Of a stretch of 62,776 bases of DNA, positions 11,448 through 24,724 are shown piece by piece. The notes beneath the pieces are model-generated. The model did not search any database, had not been told where the DNA came from, and saw nothing but the letters and a program-made list of their open reading frames with translations. A program made the translations under genes and the position numbers. This DNA comes from Chara braunii. Its lineage: Eukaryota; Plantae; Charophyceae. The stretch is from NCBI GenBank assembly GCA_003427395.1, contig BFEA01000039.1:1631608-1694383 (forward strand), read 5' to 3'. The stretch's first letter is position 1; each line of letters begins with the position of its first letter.

Positions 11448-13200
11448 TGTGACGTACCAGCTCCCGTACCTGAACTATGTTCTCAACCCCACAATTTTTT
11501 GTTGAGTCTGACAACCCCTCTCCCCCCTTCCTTTGCTATATTCCAGAGGCATTAAGTTGTCGGCCAGGCCCTCTCGAATCCAAGTCGGCGTTTCCTTTTT
11601 TTTTTTTGCAGTTTCCTTTCGGAATTCGTGGACTTACATAGGAATTACGCGCGCCTTAGAAAGCGCACTAAGAGTTCTGTTCAACGGTTGGGAATTCCGG
11701 GATTTGCAGACGTCTTTTTGGTTGACGTGTCATTTCTTGCATCGAGAACTTCCCGTACCCGCTCTCGAAAGAGCTGTGAATTTTCAGTAGGCAATTGGAT
11801 AGACGTAGGATTTTTCCACGCTCAATCCCGTGCACTTGTATAACATTTGGATTTCGTATTCTTGAAATAGTTTAGGATGTAACGTAGCTGTTTTTATGCT
11901 CTTCTCTCTTAGGCACTGACGTCGTACTTGCAAGCTTCCCCCTCCCGCCCGTACCAGCTTCCTTCTCCTCTTCTTTGCGCCTTCTTCCCTTCGTCTGTAG
12001 CTGTTTTCCATCCCCTCTCTCTCTTTCGTGCTTCACTCCCACTCCTCCTCGTCTGAATTTTGGACCCGCTCCACACTATGTTTCACGCTCTTCTTCTTCC
12101 CGCCTGCATCCCCACACTGTAACTCTCTACCGATCACCTCCCAAGGCACTCAAAGCCACTGATCGACGTCGTCTAAGGAGAAATTCCCCTCACACGAAGT
12201 GGTCTGTTGGCTGCGTGAAGAGCCTACGGGATCGATATGGCTTTTTGCGGGTGATCCTCGCGAAGTTGTTCTTCACCCCTCCCTGTCTTTACCCCACACT
12301 GCTCTCTCCTTAGTTCCCCTGCTTGCAACTATAAAACCCGAAAGCGCTCCCGAAAAACTCTCTGGACTCATCTGCCAACTTCTTGGAAGTCGTGGCTAGG
12401 TGATGGGAATGCACGGCAGGTCGAAAAGTCATGACGAGCTGACTGTAGTTTTGCAAGGCTGATGGTCAGGTGGCCGCGACGGACTGCGGGATCTGGGCAA
12501 GTCGGTGTAGAAGCTGAGTTGGCGGGGTGACGAGCCCTATGGTGTGGAGGTGGGTATGTGGCAGCCGGGATCGCCAATACCAAGATCAAGGAAGGTGTAT
12601 ATGTGCGAGAGGTTGTATGGCCTGGGACCATATTCAGAGAGAAGAAGGCTTGCGCGCCTTTGATCTTCGGTTCCTCCTCTTACTCTTTTGGAAGCTAAGC
12701 TCACGGCGGGTTGCCAGTTTTGCTTCGCAAATCGATTTGTGTGCTTACTACCCTTTCTTTGTCTTTACTCCCCTTCTTCGATCCAGCCTAGTATATCTCC
12801 AACTTTATCTCCTCTCTCTTTCCTTTGATATTTTTGTCATGAATAACTGAATGTTTCGACAATTCCTACGTCCCTACGAGTCCCTGAGGTTTTGGCTTGT
12901 TCGCCACGTTGAATTCAATTAGATCTCGTGGGGACGAGTATCGTTGAATTTGAAAGGCCAACAGGCTTGAGTGATCTTGCCGCACCCTTTTCCTTGCTTG
13001 CTACTATCTGACGATTTATGCATGAGTAATCTTTTTTTGCATGTATTGGTTGAGTTGTCGCTCCGGCGATGGGGATAAATTAAGATTTCGATATGATGCA
13101 TGCTCGCACGAATGTAAGTTGATCGTTCTCTCCATTGGATTAGATTACATGATCTTTGGACAGTACGACCAAAACCAGCACTAGCCGAACCCACCCGATC
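11448..13200 (+). mobile_element. LTR fragment, family B (5' part); right boundary approximate
   Basis: Starts TGTGACGTACCAGCTCCCG, homologous to the reverse complement of 49827-51824 (TGCGACGAACCACTTCCCG). Shared blocks: ATTACGCGCGCCTTAG, GCAACTATAAA, GTCGAAAAGTC..GCTGACTGTAGT. Confidence 0.75.
12330..12336 (+). promoter_or_regulatory. TATA box of family-B LTR
   Basis: GCAACTATAAA is conserved in the diverged second copy (50921-50927, minus strand). Confidence 0.55.
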
Positions 13201-13249
13201 GAGACACTCTACTAACTGAGAATGGCCATGCACCATCACCACGTAAGCC

Positions 13250-15605
13250 ACCTGCTTCTTTTTCTTTCCTCAAGTTGTCTTCCCCCTTTTTTTGCCAAGG
13301 TCATAACTTCTTCCTGGTTCTTTCTCTCCTCCTACGTCTCTCACTCTCTTGTTTGCATGAGCTCGCCTCTACCCCGCTTGCCAATTTGCCGCCCAAATTC
13401 TAAGCAAGACGAACTTTATCCTCCGTTGAAGCGCGACTAGGTACACGTTATTCCTCCCTTATTTTCGCCTTGTCTCCTTCACGCTCTTTATGCAGCCCTT
13501 AATGCCCGCACCAAACGAACCATCGCTCCTTAATAATTACTAATAACATCACCCCATTCGCAACCTTCCAAACCCCTACCTATGATCTTACTCCGCTCGA
13601 TTTCATCAAGAATCGAGCGGGATCTCAGATCCTCAAACTCGCCATCTCCACTATTGCGATGGTTTCCACGCTGCCTGTTCTCTCTCTAACTCTAATCCTA
13701 CTAACTTCCTGGTCAAACTAACTGCAGAATTGAATTCACCCAAGCCTAAAACCCCCGCCTCACTTCTTTCCTCACTAAATTTCGCAAAGAAACGAGCGAG
13801 ATTTTCGACTTCCCATTTTTGCCATTTCCATCACTGGTGCCCCCGCGCGCCCTTTTTCCATCTAACTCTCGCTCTACTTCAACTAACTCCAAAACTATCA
13901 ACTCCACTGAAGTCGTCTAGTCAAAAAAAAAAATGGAACCGACCCTTTCCTCGCCATACCCTCCTGTTCGATCTCTCCGCGCACTAACTTTCTTACGAAC
14001 TTCCTTATCCACTAACCTTCTTCCAAATCCAACATAAGAATCGGGGTCGCCAGGCTCGAGGACCCCAGATTCGACTCGTCCCTCGCCCGTTTTCGTCAAG
14101 GAACGGGCGAGATCGACATCGTCCTGCTTCCTCTTGCTCGCTCTCGCTTCCACCATAGCCCGCTCGTCCCCCTGCATGCACCTTACGCACCTTTGCGTCC
14201 AGGTCCGTTCCTCTCTTCGCTGCCCATTGCTCGATTGTCTTGCTTGCCTGCTGGTGCTAGTGCAGCGCCTCGTAGTCGCGGCGGCCCGGCCCTATTCGTT
14301 CGACAGTCCCAACGTTCGCCTCCTGTGCACACTTCGTCGCTATCCTTCGACCGACAGCGCTCCGACACAACGGTCCGCCCGACAGCTCCAAACTTGCGGG
14401 ATCTTATGAGTCGCTAGCTATTATGCGGCTTGATTAGTCTTTCATCCCCGTGCCCCGGTCAGATAGACGAGTTGCAGCTTGACGCCTAGTGGGGGCAAGT
14501 CCCAGTGCAAATCTCAGTGACAGTAACAAATATTCCCCCGGGACTTTTGGAGATCAACGTGGAAAGGGGTTCCGTAAGACCGCTACTATGATCGGCGGCC
14601 CCTTTTGCCTTGAGGCACTCATGCCTCCACGTATTGGCACCGCCCATTGGCTCTGAGGCCCAATCGGGAATGCTCATGCTCAAACCTCTCACACCAGATC
14701 GTGATTTGGCGGACATTGCCCCCGCCGAAGGCTCCTACCACTTAGGTTTCAGCCACCCTGTGGTTAACCCATTCACTAACTTGGCTGCACGTCAGCTTCC
14801 TCGGCCCACATCTTAAGACGGCGGGACCAAGGACCCCCACCAGCATCCCAAATACGCAAGGAACCCATAGGTCAATGAAAAGGAGGCGCGTGCTCAAGGC
14901 CTTCTATAGCCCCGACGACCTCCAAATCCAGCGTCGTGCCTAGGCCAAGAGCAAAATAATAATAATACAACAATAAATAAAAAGAAATGTTTAGAAGATT
15001 TTAATCGTCGGGAGACGATGAACGAGAAAAAGAGAAAACGCTAGCACCGTCCTAAACACTGAAGACGACAAAACGAAGGGGGATAGCCCTGTTGGGCCCT
15101 TCGTGCTATTCTGATATCCCCGCGTAGCTGCCGCTCGATCTCTAAATCTCTTCAATGAGAGTCCAACGTTGTAACCAATAATACTAGGCCCAAGGTTGGG
15201 TCTAGTTTTAACGGAAACCTAAATAAGCGGATGTTGTGCGACGCGTAGATCTCTCGAAACGTCTTCAAAATCACATTGTCGTCGACGTCGTTCTTCGTAC
15301 GCGCTCGCACTTCAAAGGCAAACGCACCAATCAAAAGACAAAGATCTCTTTAATCCTAGTTTAATCAGAAATACAAATTGGTCCGGCAACTACGCCTATT
15401 CCACCATCGTCAATAATTAGAGAGATCATGTGCGCCTTAAATCTGCGCGCCCACACACTCTCTACTTTAGTCGACCTCTCGGTCAACGTAAACCACAGAC
15501 TCAGCCTGTGCCTTGCGCGGTATACTTAAACTTTTAAACCAAACTTATTTTCTGTCATCTGCAAAAACCAGGGCGGATACCCTTGTAAGGGTATTCGTGC
15601 CGACA
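13250..15605 (-). mobile_element. LTR fragment related to family A (A'); left boundary approximate
   Basis: Ends ...GCAAAAACCAGGGCGGATACCCTTGTAAGGGTATTCGTGCCGACA, nearly identical to the family-A terminus at 49826; shares the CGCCCGTTT..AAACGGGCG hairpins. Confidence 0.75.
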
Positions 15606-16082
15606 TTGGTACTCGTGGTCCCTCAGACACTCTGAGCACGGGGGTTGCGGCCAGTAAGGAGCAATTGCGCGCGAGGGGACGATGGTTAAAGAGTGATAGG
15701 GTAGGAGGCAGTGATAGGGAGGGAATTCGGTCCCCAGGATAATGATTTTGGGTTTCGTGACGACGTGACACGTGTACGACCGATGACAGTTGGGGAGATG
15801 GGGGATACGTCTCAAGGCCTGGTCGATGTCCCACTCACAAACGTGTTCGTTCCCCATTAAGTAGGGAAATTCCGGAGGTTCCGTCCTTGATCGTGAGGGC
15901 CAGCAAGTGTGTTCCCAATATTCTCTTAAGCACTCGCGGTCAATGACATGAAAGGGGATTTTGATATCCATACCACAAGTCGGGGTGGAAAGCCAGCCTA
16001 CGGGGAGTTGGCCGGAGTACGGGTCCTGCATATATGCGTGTAAGTAGCGACCTTCCTTGGTCGGGCCTACACGTGCGTCCAC
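15606..16082 (-). pseudogene. Unidentified ORF (about 159 codons) truncated by the A' LTR insertion at 15605
   Basis: Open frame with globular-protein-like composition (W/Y/C/H rich) that runs directly into the LTR terminus; no recognised domain. Confidence 0.4.
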
Positions 16083-16518
16083 AAGACCTGTCCTTCGGTC
16101 AAGTGGGTGAAGGGCAGCAGCTTACAAGGTGGATAGTCCTATGGTGAGACATACATCTGATCATCTAGCATGCTTGTTTTAATTCACACGTGGACAGAAA
16201 CACACCAAACATCCGTGCATCCAGCTTTGCACACACACACACATGCAAACAAGGAGTCGATGATCCATATGCAACAATTCCTTGGTCAACGACCGGAAGA
16301 TCACACGAGATTCGATCGCAGGTGATGAACCAATCAGATCGGCCGATTCAAAGAGAAAGAGAAGGGGAGGAGAGGGGACAACCACACATCAGTCCGTGAG
16401 AACTTGAAGAAACAAGGAAAAATATGAGATGGCGATGAAAAAAAGGACAAGGGCGACTTGCGCCAGATACCAAAATTGCTCAGAAGGATAGAAGAGAAAC
16501 ACCATCACAACACATCCC

Positions 16519-16575
<57 letters not shown>

Positions 16576-16675
16576 NNNNNNNNNNNNNNNNNNNNNNNNN
16601 NNNNNNNNNNNNNNNNNNNNNNNNNNNNNNNNNNNNNNNNNNNNNNNNNNNNNNNNNNNNNNNNNNNNNNNNNNN
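16576..16675. other. Assembly gap (100 N) within a (CT)n tract
   Basis: N run. Confidence 1.
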
Positions 16676-16731
<56 letters not shown>

Positions 16732-19543
16732 ACAACATCCCGATGCGGGCAGTCCGTCGCCTCGCACCCACAGAGTTGTCACCCCGCTTAGTCCGAGCAT
16801 GCAAGCCAGGTTCGCCCGTGCGCCACAGTTCGTCGCGACCCCACGTCAACCATGCATACCCAGCACCTGCTCGTCGGATCGCCCAACTCTCTACTCACCT
16901 TCCAACTCTTGCTCGTTAGTCGCTCCTCTCGACCATGCTAACTCCAAAATTCATAGAGAGTGAGTTAATCGCGTTCGCAAAATTTATAGCATGCATGCTT
17001 GCACGCGATACCCGGGAGTGTGCCTGAGTGGGAAGGAAGGAGAAGGAAGGAAGTGCCTACGACTGCATGGCCAGGCCGCGGCGTGGGGGATATAACCTCA
17101 CTCCACACATCGATCCGGTCATGCAGGCGTTCAGGCGAATAGAACAAGGGGAGAAGTACACGCGCGCAGGGGCACCAGGAAAGATATCAAGAACGAGGGG
17201 ATTACGGTTGCAATTATGCCCGCCAAAACAAAAATTACAGCGGAAAAGTCTGAGCACAGACCCTGACGCGGCTAAGCGTGCGCAAGCAGGAAGCGCAGTG
17301 CAACAGAAATTGAGATGCGCCAAAATTCCTAATCTAAATCCTAATTGCAAACAGAAATTCCGAACGAAGCAAATTCCGAGAGCCCAAGGGGCCTCGACGT
17401 CAGCTGAAAATTCAAAAAGATTTTCCCGCGCGACGATAGCGCCAAAATTCCCATTTCTCACAGCAGAACAAGAAAGAAGCTATGGCAACCGCGATCAACT
17501 ACCAACTGTCGTGGGACTATCCCGGCCTCGATTCCGAAAAAGACAAGAAAAGCAAGGGCACCCATGCAATCCACCAGGCCATCCTGATTCAACCCGATTC
17601 AACCCCCGAAGTAACCTTGCGCAGAAAATCGCACGGTTGCAGAAAACAGTTCGCCACAGCGGAAGTTTTCTCTGCAAGAAAGCTCCCATCATCAGGGCCC
17701 AGTGCCAAAGGCTATACAAACAGCACAAAAGCTGGAGGCAGACAGGTTGTCCCACCCCACCCCATGCGGGGCAAAGTGCCCGGCCTCCACAACTCCGCGG
17801 CCAAGTCCCACTCACCCTGATTCTTCATTTCTGGCCGCTGATCATCGTACGGTGATCTACGGTCAGAAGTTGAGAATTCGGGTTGGGCACCAAGTGGGAC
17901 TTGGACCCCGCTCTCCACCACGCCCCGCATCAAGCTAATCCAGCTTGCCACATGATTCCCTAAACCCTAAACGCCCCAAAGAACGGTCCTAAAGCAAAAA
18001 GGTTAGAAACCCCATCCACGGTGGCCAACTGGGGATATGCAGCCCAATGTGAAAGAAAGCAGTTCATCCCTTTAGAACCAGGTCTTGCTTGGCAGTAATC
18101 TGGGAAGAAACCTTCTTTTCTTTTTTTTTTTCCCGCAAAGCCTGAGAGATGGTTAATGGAAAACACCGAATTTGGAGATATACCCTAAAGCATATAGATA
18201 TCACACAAAAAAAGAAACAAGCAAAAAATAAAAAATTCAGAGAAATATGACAGTTTCGGTGAAAAATTCGCCGAAAATGACACCACCTATTAACCATTAG
18301 TGCAAAGCCCAGGGTGTTGTAGACGCCCCGGACCAGACCTGCGGTGATTGCTGGCAGCGGCAGCCAATGGTTGTCCACACAGGATATAGGCCACCTACCC
18401 TGCTACCCATCTCCACGTCAGTACTCCCAGCGCAACCCCTGTAATCCGGGGAGAAACTAAGTGTGTGGACATGATAGTAGACACAATGGAAATCAAATTC
18501 TCCGAGTGACAGTGATCTGGGAATATGACTACTAAAAAAGTGGCAATTGCACCATTTTGCTTCTTGTGTTTCTTTTTCTGTTCTTGTCAGCCAAACAGGT
18601 AACTTACCAGTGTCGTCCGTGAGGCGTATCTTGCTGGACCGCCGTGCGTGTGATCAGAAATGAACTTCCTTTTCTTTTCCTTCTTTGAAACGGATCCATC
18701 CCCTAACACTACTGTTTCATCGCTACTTGCCCACCACACACATGATAGATACTGGCCCTTTAACCGACGTGTGGTTAAACAAGGCTTGTTCCATTAGACA
18801 ACATACATATTCAAGTTGGCCTGCTGCTGCATCTTGCCACTCTGTTTACCACACCAACCCATGATGATTGTGTACGACACACCTCCCCTTTTCAAATACA
18901 AAGCTGTTCTTTCCATGGCATCCCTTTTTCTTTTTTTTGAAACCTTTTGACGAGAATCTTTCCATCATATCCTCAAGTCAGGACTGTTGCCAGACCCCTA
19001 TTTCTGCACCGACACTGGGGTTTCCACCCCTCAGCATTCGGGGACCAAATCTGATCTCCACTGGGCATCGTCAGGCACAACTTGAAAGATTGGGATCAAA
19101 CAGCAGATGTCACCATGCACAGAATTTTGGCCCAGGTGTGGCAATGACCCGTAGAGCCCACACAAACTGGCATGAGAGTTGTGTGTGGGGTGGGGGGGGG
19201 GGGGGGGGAGGGGGGGGGGCCCCCCCCCCCCCTCCACACAACTGAACACCTCGCATAGATTCATGCTCAGGTCTGTATTTCTACCGTTCAGAGCTTTCGC
19301 CACAACTCTGTTGATTGGACTTCGCTGTCATCACATTCGTGTCGTGCAAACATTCGTGGAACATACTGACAATACAATATGGAATCAGGTGTTTCCTTTC
19401 TCGAAAAAACAAAACAAAACAATACAACATGCAGATACAGGGATCTCAGTTTGAGTCGCGGCAGTGGCAAGTTGGAATGATGGTGGACCGGATTGCCCCA
19501 TAATACAGAGAACTTGCAAGTTGCAAGTCACGTTCCACACTTA

Positions 19544-19664
19544 GGGCCTCGCTGCACTACTCCCGAAATGTGCAAAACGAGAGTGAATCTTCGGCTAGAA
19601 TATGGAAAGATACACGGCCATGATTTTTGTCTTTTGCCCATGTCAAGAGTAGTGCAGCAGGCCC
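19544..19664. mobile_element. Tourist-like (PIF/Harbinger) MITE
   Basis: TTA|GGGCCTCGCTGCACTACTC...GAGTAGTGCAGCAGGCCC|TTA: terminal inverted repeats with a 3-bp TTA duplication. Confidence 0.85.
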
Positions 19665-19881
19665 TTACGTCCTCGCCACACCACTATCGAAACAAAAAAC
19701 GTTCAAATGCATGTTCCCACAGAAGTGTCAAGATGCGTCCCTTCCTATGAATAGCAACAGATGCATCTGTTCACTTTTTGGGGAAGATGCCCTAGTGCTT
19801 TTTTTGTTTTGACAATGGTGTGGAGAGAACCCTTAGGCTTCAAGCTAACCAGCAACCAATCCGGTTCCCTGACACTGTTCA

Positions 19882-19979
19882 AACAAAAACTCAAATAAAA
19901 AACGGGATGCCCATATGGACCACCACAGCCAACAAAAACTCAAATAAAAAACGGGATGCCCATATGGACCACCACAGCC
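19882..19979. repeat. Exact 49-bp tandem duplication
   Basis: AACAAAAACTCAAATAAAAAACGGGATGCCCATATGGACCACCACAGCC twice. Confidence 0.9.
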
Positions 19980-21169
19980 AACGCTTGGCATGCAATTCTT
20001 TTCCGCCTCCCCAAAGGCTCTCTAAGGTAAGGTGTGGACCCCACTGGCTGGCGGCCTGGAAAAGTATGGGCGCCGGGGTGTTTTCCAGACCCCACTGGGT
20101 CTGGAAACTGGTGTGGAAAGCCGGCCCGGAAAGGAATTCCAGACCCCACTGCGCTTGGAAAGAGGTTGCGGAAATGGTGACGGGGCGTTTCTACATGGTC
20201 CGCGGTCTGGAAATTCGACGCCGACCGGTTTCCAGACCCTTTCCAAGGAGGCGGCCAGTTGAGCAGGGGGGGGGGCATGTCCATCAGTTTCCAGACGTGG
20301 GCCTCACGGCGTGGACCGTTCTGTGTACCCGGAGGCTGTGGCGGACATTCGTATTTTCCTGTGGTGTCGCATGGTATTCCCAAGGGCCCGCCGGTCTGTG
20401 GAGTCCATGGTCCCCCGAAGTCACGAACGTTGCGGTGCACCGTTTGAAATTCGATGGATCCATGGCGATTCCGTTACTGTGACGGCGACGTCGTCAACCC
20501 CTGTACACTGCCTGTTCTGGCCCTGTCGACCGCACAACCTTCATGAACCCGTGCAACTCACCAAACCGTCCTCCTTCGTCCCCGGCGATGGCTCCCCGTC
20601 AGTGCTCCTGTGCTCAGTGCACTCCGGCTACCAATGCTTCGGACGGCACCTGTGACGCCCAACCTCACGCCCAGCGCAACTTCCTGTTTCAAAGTGTTAG
20701 TGGGCCTGGAAGTGCGAATAGGGGTGAGCCAAGGATTTTAGGAAAGTGGGGATGGAGTCCCAGGTCGGAACTGGAATCTCCGGCATCAAGTTTCAGGGGT
20801 AGGAGTGCAAGAGTCTCGCTTTAGCTCAGAATCGGGGCGATCGCTGATCTCGCGGCCTGGGCCGGGGACGTATCTGATGTACAGGCGGAACGCTATGAGT
20901 ATCTCTCTGAGAGCGCATGTACTGCCGTCAGCCAATGCACGTCTCAGAGTCTGATGAGGACGGTCGTAGTCAGAGATTGTGTTCCCGAAGCTCTGCTTCG
21001 GAGCGGGTTCGTCGGATGAACCCTGCTTTGCGATACTCGTTGTATTGTTGGCACTCCGGGCATGGTGTGCGGGGCCAGTAACGAGCTATGGAGTCCCATG
21101 GAACAACCGTTAGGTGATGATACGGGAGAACGATATAAGGAAAACGGGTAGTAATAGCGACAAAGCCTG

Positions 21170-21641
21170 NNNNNNNNNNNNNNNNNNNNNNNNNNNNNNN
21201 NNNNNNNNNNNNNNNNNNNNNNNNNNNNNNNNNNNNNNNNNNNNNNNNNNNNNNNNNNNNNNNNNNNNNNNNNNNNNNNNNNNNNNNNNNNNNNNNNNNN
21301 NNNNNNNNNNNNNNNNNNNNNNNNNNNNNNNNNNNNNNNNNNNNNNNNNNNNNNNNNNNNNNNNNNNNNNNNNNNNNNNNNNNNNNNNNNNNNNNNNNNN
21401 NNNNNNNNNNNNNNNNNNNNNNNNNNNNNNNNNNNNNNNNNNNNNNNNNNNNNNNNNNNNNNNNNNNNNNNNNNNNNNNNNNNNNNNNNNNNNNNNNNNN
21501 NNNNNNNNNNNNNNNNNNNNNNNNNNNNNNNNNNNNNNNNNNNNNNNNNNNNNNNNNNNNNNNNNNNNNNNNNNNNNNNNNNNNNNNNNNNNNNNNNNNN
21601 NNNNNNNNNNNNNNNNNNNNNNNNNNNNNNNNNNNNNNNNN
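21170..21641. other. Assembly gap
   Basis: N run. Confidence 1.
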
Positions 21642-22217
21642 TTTCTTTTTTTTTTCGTTTGTGTATTTCGTTTTTTTTTTCCTTTTTTTTTTTTTTTTTT
21701 TTTTCTCTCTACTGTGTCGTCCCTACAGAAGCAGGGCCCGACTTTCTGGCTGCGACCGGGCCTTCCCTTGGCCGACCCCCCTAAGGCTGCGGCGCGTATA
21801 CGGGAAGGCCCACAACCGATAACTGAGCGAGGTACTGGTGGTTTAAATTCCAAGACGGGTGGATACCTACTTGGATCCGTGCCCTATCGTATACGTATGT
21901 CGGAGGCTTTCACTTGTGACCAGGTTGCCAATTAGAACGTTCTGTTTATTACTTCGCACCACGCTGACGTAAAAACTGGAAACCGAAAAATGCCCCCAAA
22001 AGAAGGGGCTACCGGACCGCACCCGCCGGCGCTACGTAGCGCTCGGTTGCTACTGGTAACGGGAGGCTAGGTCGGCGGAAGCCGCTACCACCGTGATAGT
22101 GGATCCATAGGTGAGGACGCCATCGCCATCGCTACATCGATTGGACGGCCAGTTGAGCTTGCTCATTGAAGCCGACGGCTCCTCAGCGACCTACCGCGAA
22201 GCCCCATCCAGGGTCAT

Positions 22218-23004
22218 ATGCAGTTGTACAAGAACCACGGGAGTAATGAGAACGAGTTAGTTCGGAGGAACACCAAGTGAAGAGTGTACCACCGACTGGT
22301 GGACAGGGTTGAAGTCGAGATGGAGTCCAATCGCTCCTCCCCGACGGGGCCAGAAGTCCAGATGGAAGGAGAAGAATATCGAATTAGAGAGTTGGCAAGG
22401 CTATGTTACGAGGATGGCATCCTTTTTGCAGGGGTTGACCCTGGGAGATGAGGGTAGAGGGACGTGAAGTCTTTGCAAAGTCAACCCTAGAATTGAACGA
22501 ACCAAGATAGCTTGGCTCAAAGAGCACACGGTTACGGTGATTTTCCGGGAGGCCGCTCGTTTTCTTCCCAAGAAGGTGAAAGATGATATAATTCGTGCGT
22601 ACAATGACGAACGGGTCCAGGATGGCAGCTTTGACCCTTCCACCTTCAAACATGGTCGGATCAAGGTAGAGAGTCCAAACGTGGTATCGTATGTCGCAAA
22701 AAATAGTGCTCTAGCATTATGGTTAGTCGATAAAGGCACAGATAACGTTACATTAGGTTCCACTCGATATGTTCTAGAGTTCAAGCAGTGGCTTACTAAA
22801 GCCCAGCTTCGTGAGCAGAGAAGAGTGGACGACGAGTCTGTCTTTTGGGTCATTGCTGTTCAGGTTCCTTTAGATGCAATGTTTTATCTGGAGGCACACA
22901 TCATAAGAGCTATAGGACCTGTTCTTTTCACGCACCCTTCGGAGCCAGACCACCTCAAACCAACATTAATTAACCTCAAATTTGACATTGCTCCTGAAGC
23001 ACGG
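22218..23004 (+). pseudogene. LINE (L1-like) ORF1 remnant, cut by the LTR at 23005
   Basis: ...YVLEFKQW...FWVIAVQVPL...IIRAIGPVL resembles the W..WV...LP..IG pattern of plant L1 ORF1 (DUF4283 region). It has an upstream stop and frameshift and is co-oriented with the zf-RVT fragment at 51825. Confidence 0.6.
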
Positions 23005-24724
23005 TGTCGGGCGCATCGGTTCGGCGCCGCACGCGGCTGCACGGGACCCTCTCGGCCGCGTCACGCAGGAGTTGAACCAACCTTGCCGCGAACACACAAA
23101 TGAAGCTTCCTTAGGCCGCTCCGGCCGAGTGCGCCAGCCATACTTCTCGCGAGCCCCTACGACAGGATAGGGCCTACGCGAGGCACATCTTACCTCCACC
23201 TTACGGGAGTTGCAACCTCCCTTCGGTGGGCGTATCCCCGCCGAGCTACCAGTCCACAGTACGAAAGTTACTCGGTTGCAATCGCAGAGGTGGACCAGCC
23301 GAGGGCGTTTCTCGTTCGTTGTAACATAGGGGGTACGCGCGGTAATACGCCTATCGGGCCCGCACGTGAACCGACATCTTGGGGGGCTGAAGTCCCAAGC
23401 GCGGCTCGACGTCGGTCGACTAGGACGCATCCCACACACCACGCCCACACCACTTTACGAACACAAAAATAAAACACACACACACGCACATACAACACGG
23501 CCTAACACAAACAACGCGACAACGCTCCTAGCCCCTCGGTAGCCAACCCATAACTTCCCGACGCGGAAATCGGACAGGCGTCGCGCGCGAGACTCAGTAT
23601 AAAACCGCGCGGACGCAGGGCCAACCCATATCGACTCGCAATGCAAGTGTACGCAAGCAGTCGCAATGATGGCGTACTATGTAGTACCCATACTCACGCG
23701 GTCCTCGTTAATCTCGAGGGTCGCATTCGACACTCAAGTGTCGACTGACACGCGCTTTGAGGGTTAATCTCTCGACGCTAGACAACCGCCATGAGCGGTT
23801 GAAGACCACACACCCTCTTCTGCACTTTGTGCAGAGCGGGTGGTACACAGGTCCATACCTGTGGTGACAGTCGTTTCTTGCGGCCCTGGGGGTAAGTCCT
23901 ACTCCAGGTCCGGACAAAAGTCAAGGGGTTTGACTTTGACGGCTGCCACGGACTACAACGTCCAACCATACAAACTCTAAAAAGCAAGGGTAAAAAGAGA
24001 ATCCCCCTTTTCTCTCAAGACACAATATGGTTAACCCTTATGCTCAGTTACAGTAGGTCTTTCAAATACTCAGGGCACTTATAAGTATATAAGGGTTAAT
24101 TATATAGGACGATCACTTCTCACAGTCACAGTGAGGCTCCTCTTAGTCATATATGTATGTAATCGCAGACAGCCACATCCCGAAGCCGAACCACAACCAT
24201 ACATGCAATCACATCAAAGGTTCAACCAGAAGTCCACGCACTACACGGGGTCAACTTCAACCATTCCTCGCACTCATACCCCTCGCTTTAGCCATACAAG
24301 CCTCACTCGTGCAACTCTTAAATAAATACTCAGTACTTTTGTTCGATGGTCATTCAATAAAGTCCGGGTAAAAACACAACAAAACAATTCAAATCTTAAG
24401 GCTAAAGCCTTTAGGTTGAGTGACAGGAGTGAATTGGAGTTAAATCGTAAACCGACGAATCGACAACCGATGTAGGATNAAGCTGGAACTAGTCCCAATC
24501 CTGAATCAAACGACCAAGAGGACCTGCAACACATGACAGGTCAATCCCCAAGCTGAAATCATAAGTGTATGGAGAATACAACTCTATAACACATTCTCAC
24601 TCAAATCCTCCTAGTTAACTAGGCCTGAATCTACCTTTAAGCAGTCTCCAAAGCAAAGGCAGACCCTGGCATAGTCTCCCCTATACAGAGGGGATCGCCA
24701 GAATTGTCACCTGTCAAAATATAA

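Larger units (their letters stand above)
15606..17952 (-). mobile_element. Probable LTR fragment, family D
   Basis: Candidate terminus ..CTTGCCACA at 17952 and minus-strand CTATAAAT at about 16982-16989, about 1 kb inside, resembling the family-B layout. No second copy in the window. Confidence 0.4.

Noticed and set aside
12400-12700. Apparent conserved peptide (DGL.D.G..PGS..GLGPY) between the two family-B copies
   Set aside because: All three frames show similar identities and contain stops, so the signal reflects nucleotide homology only.
11448-15605. A single 4.2-kb solo LTR (TG..CA)
   Set aside because: Flanks AAGC and TTGG do not match, and the two halves match different families in opposite orientations.
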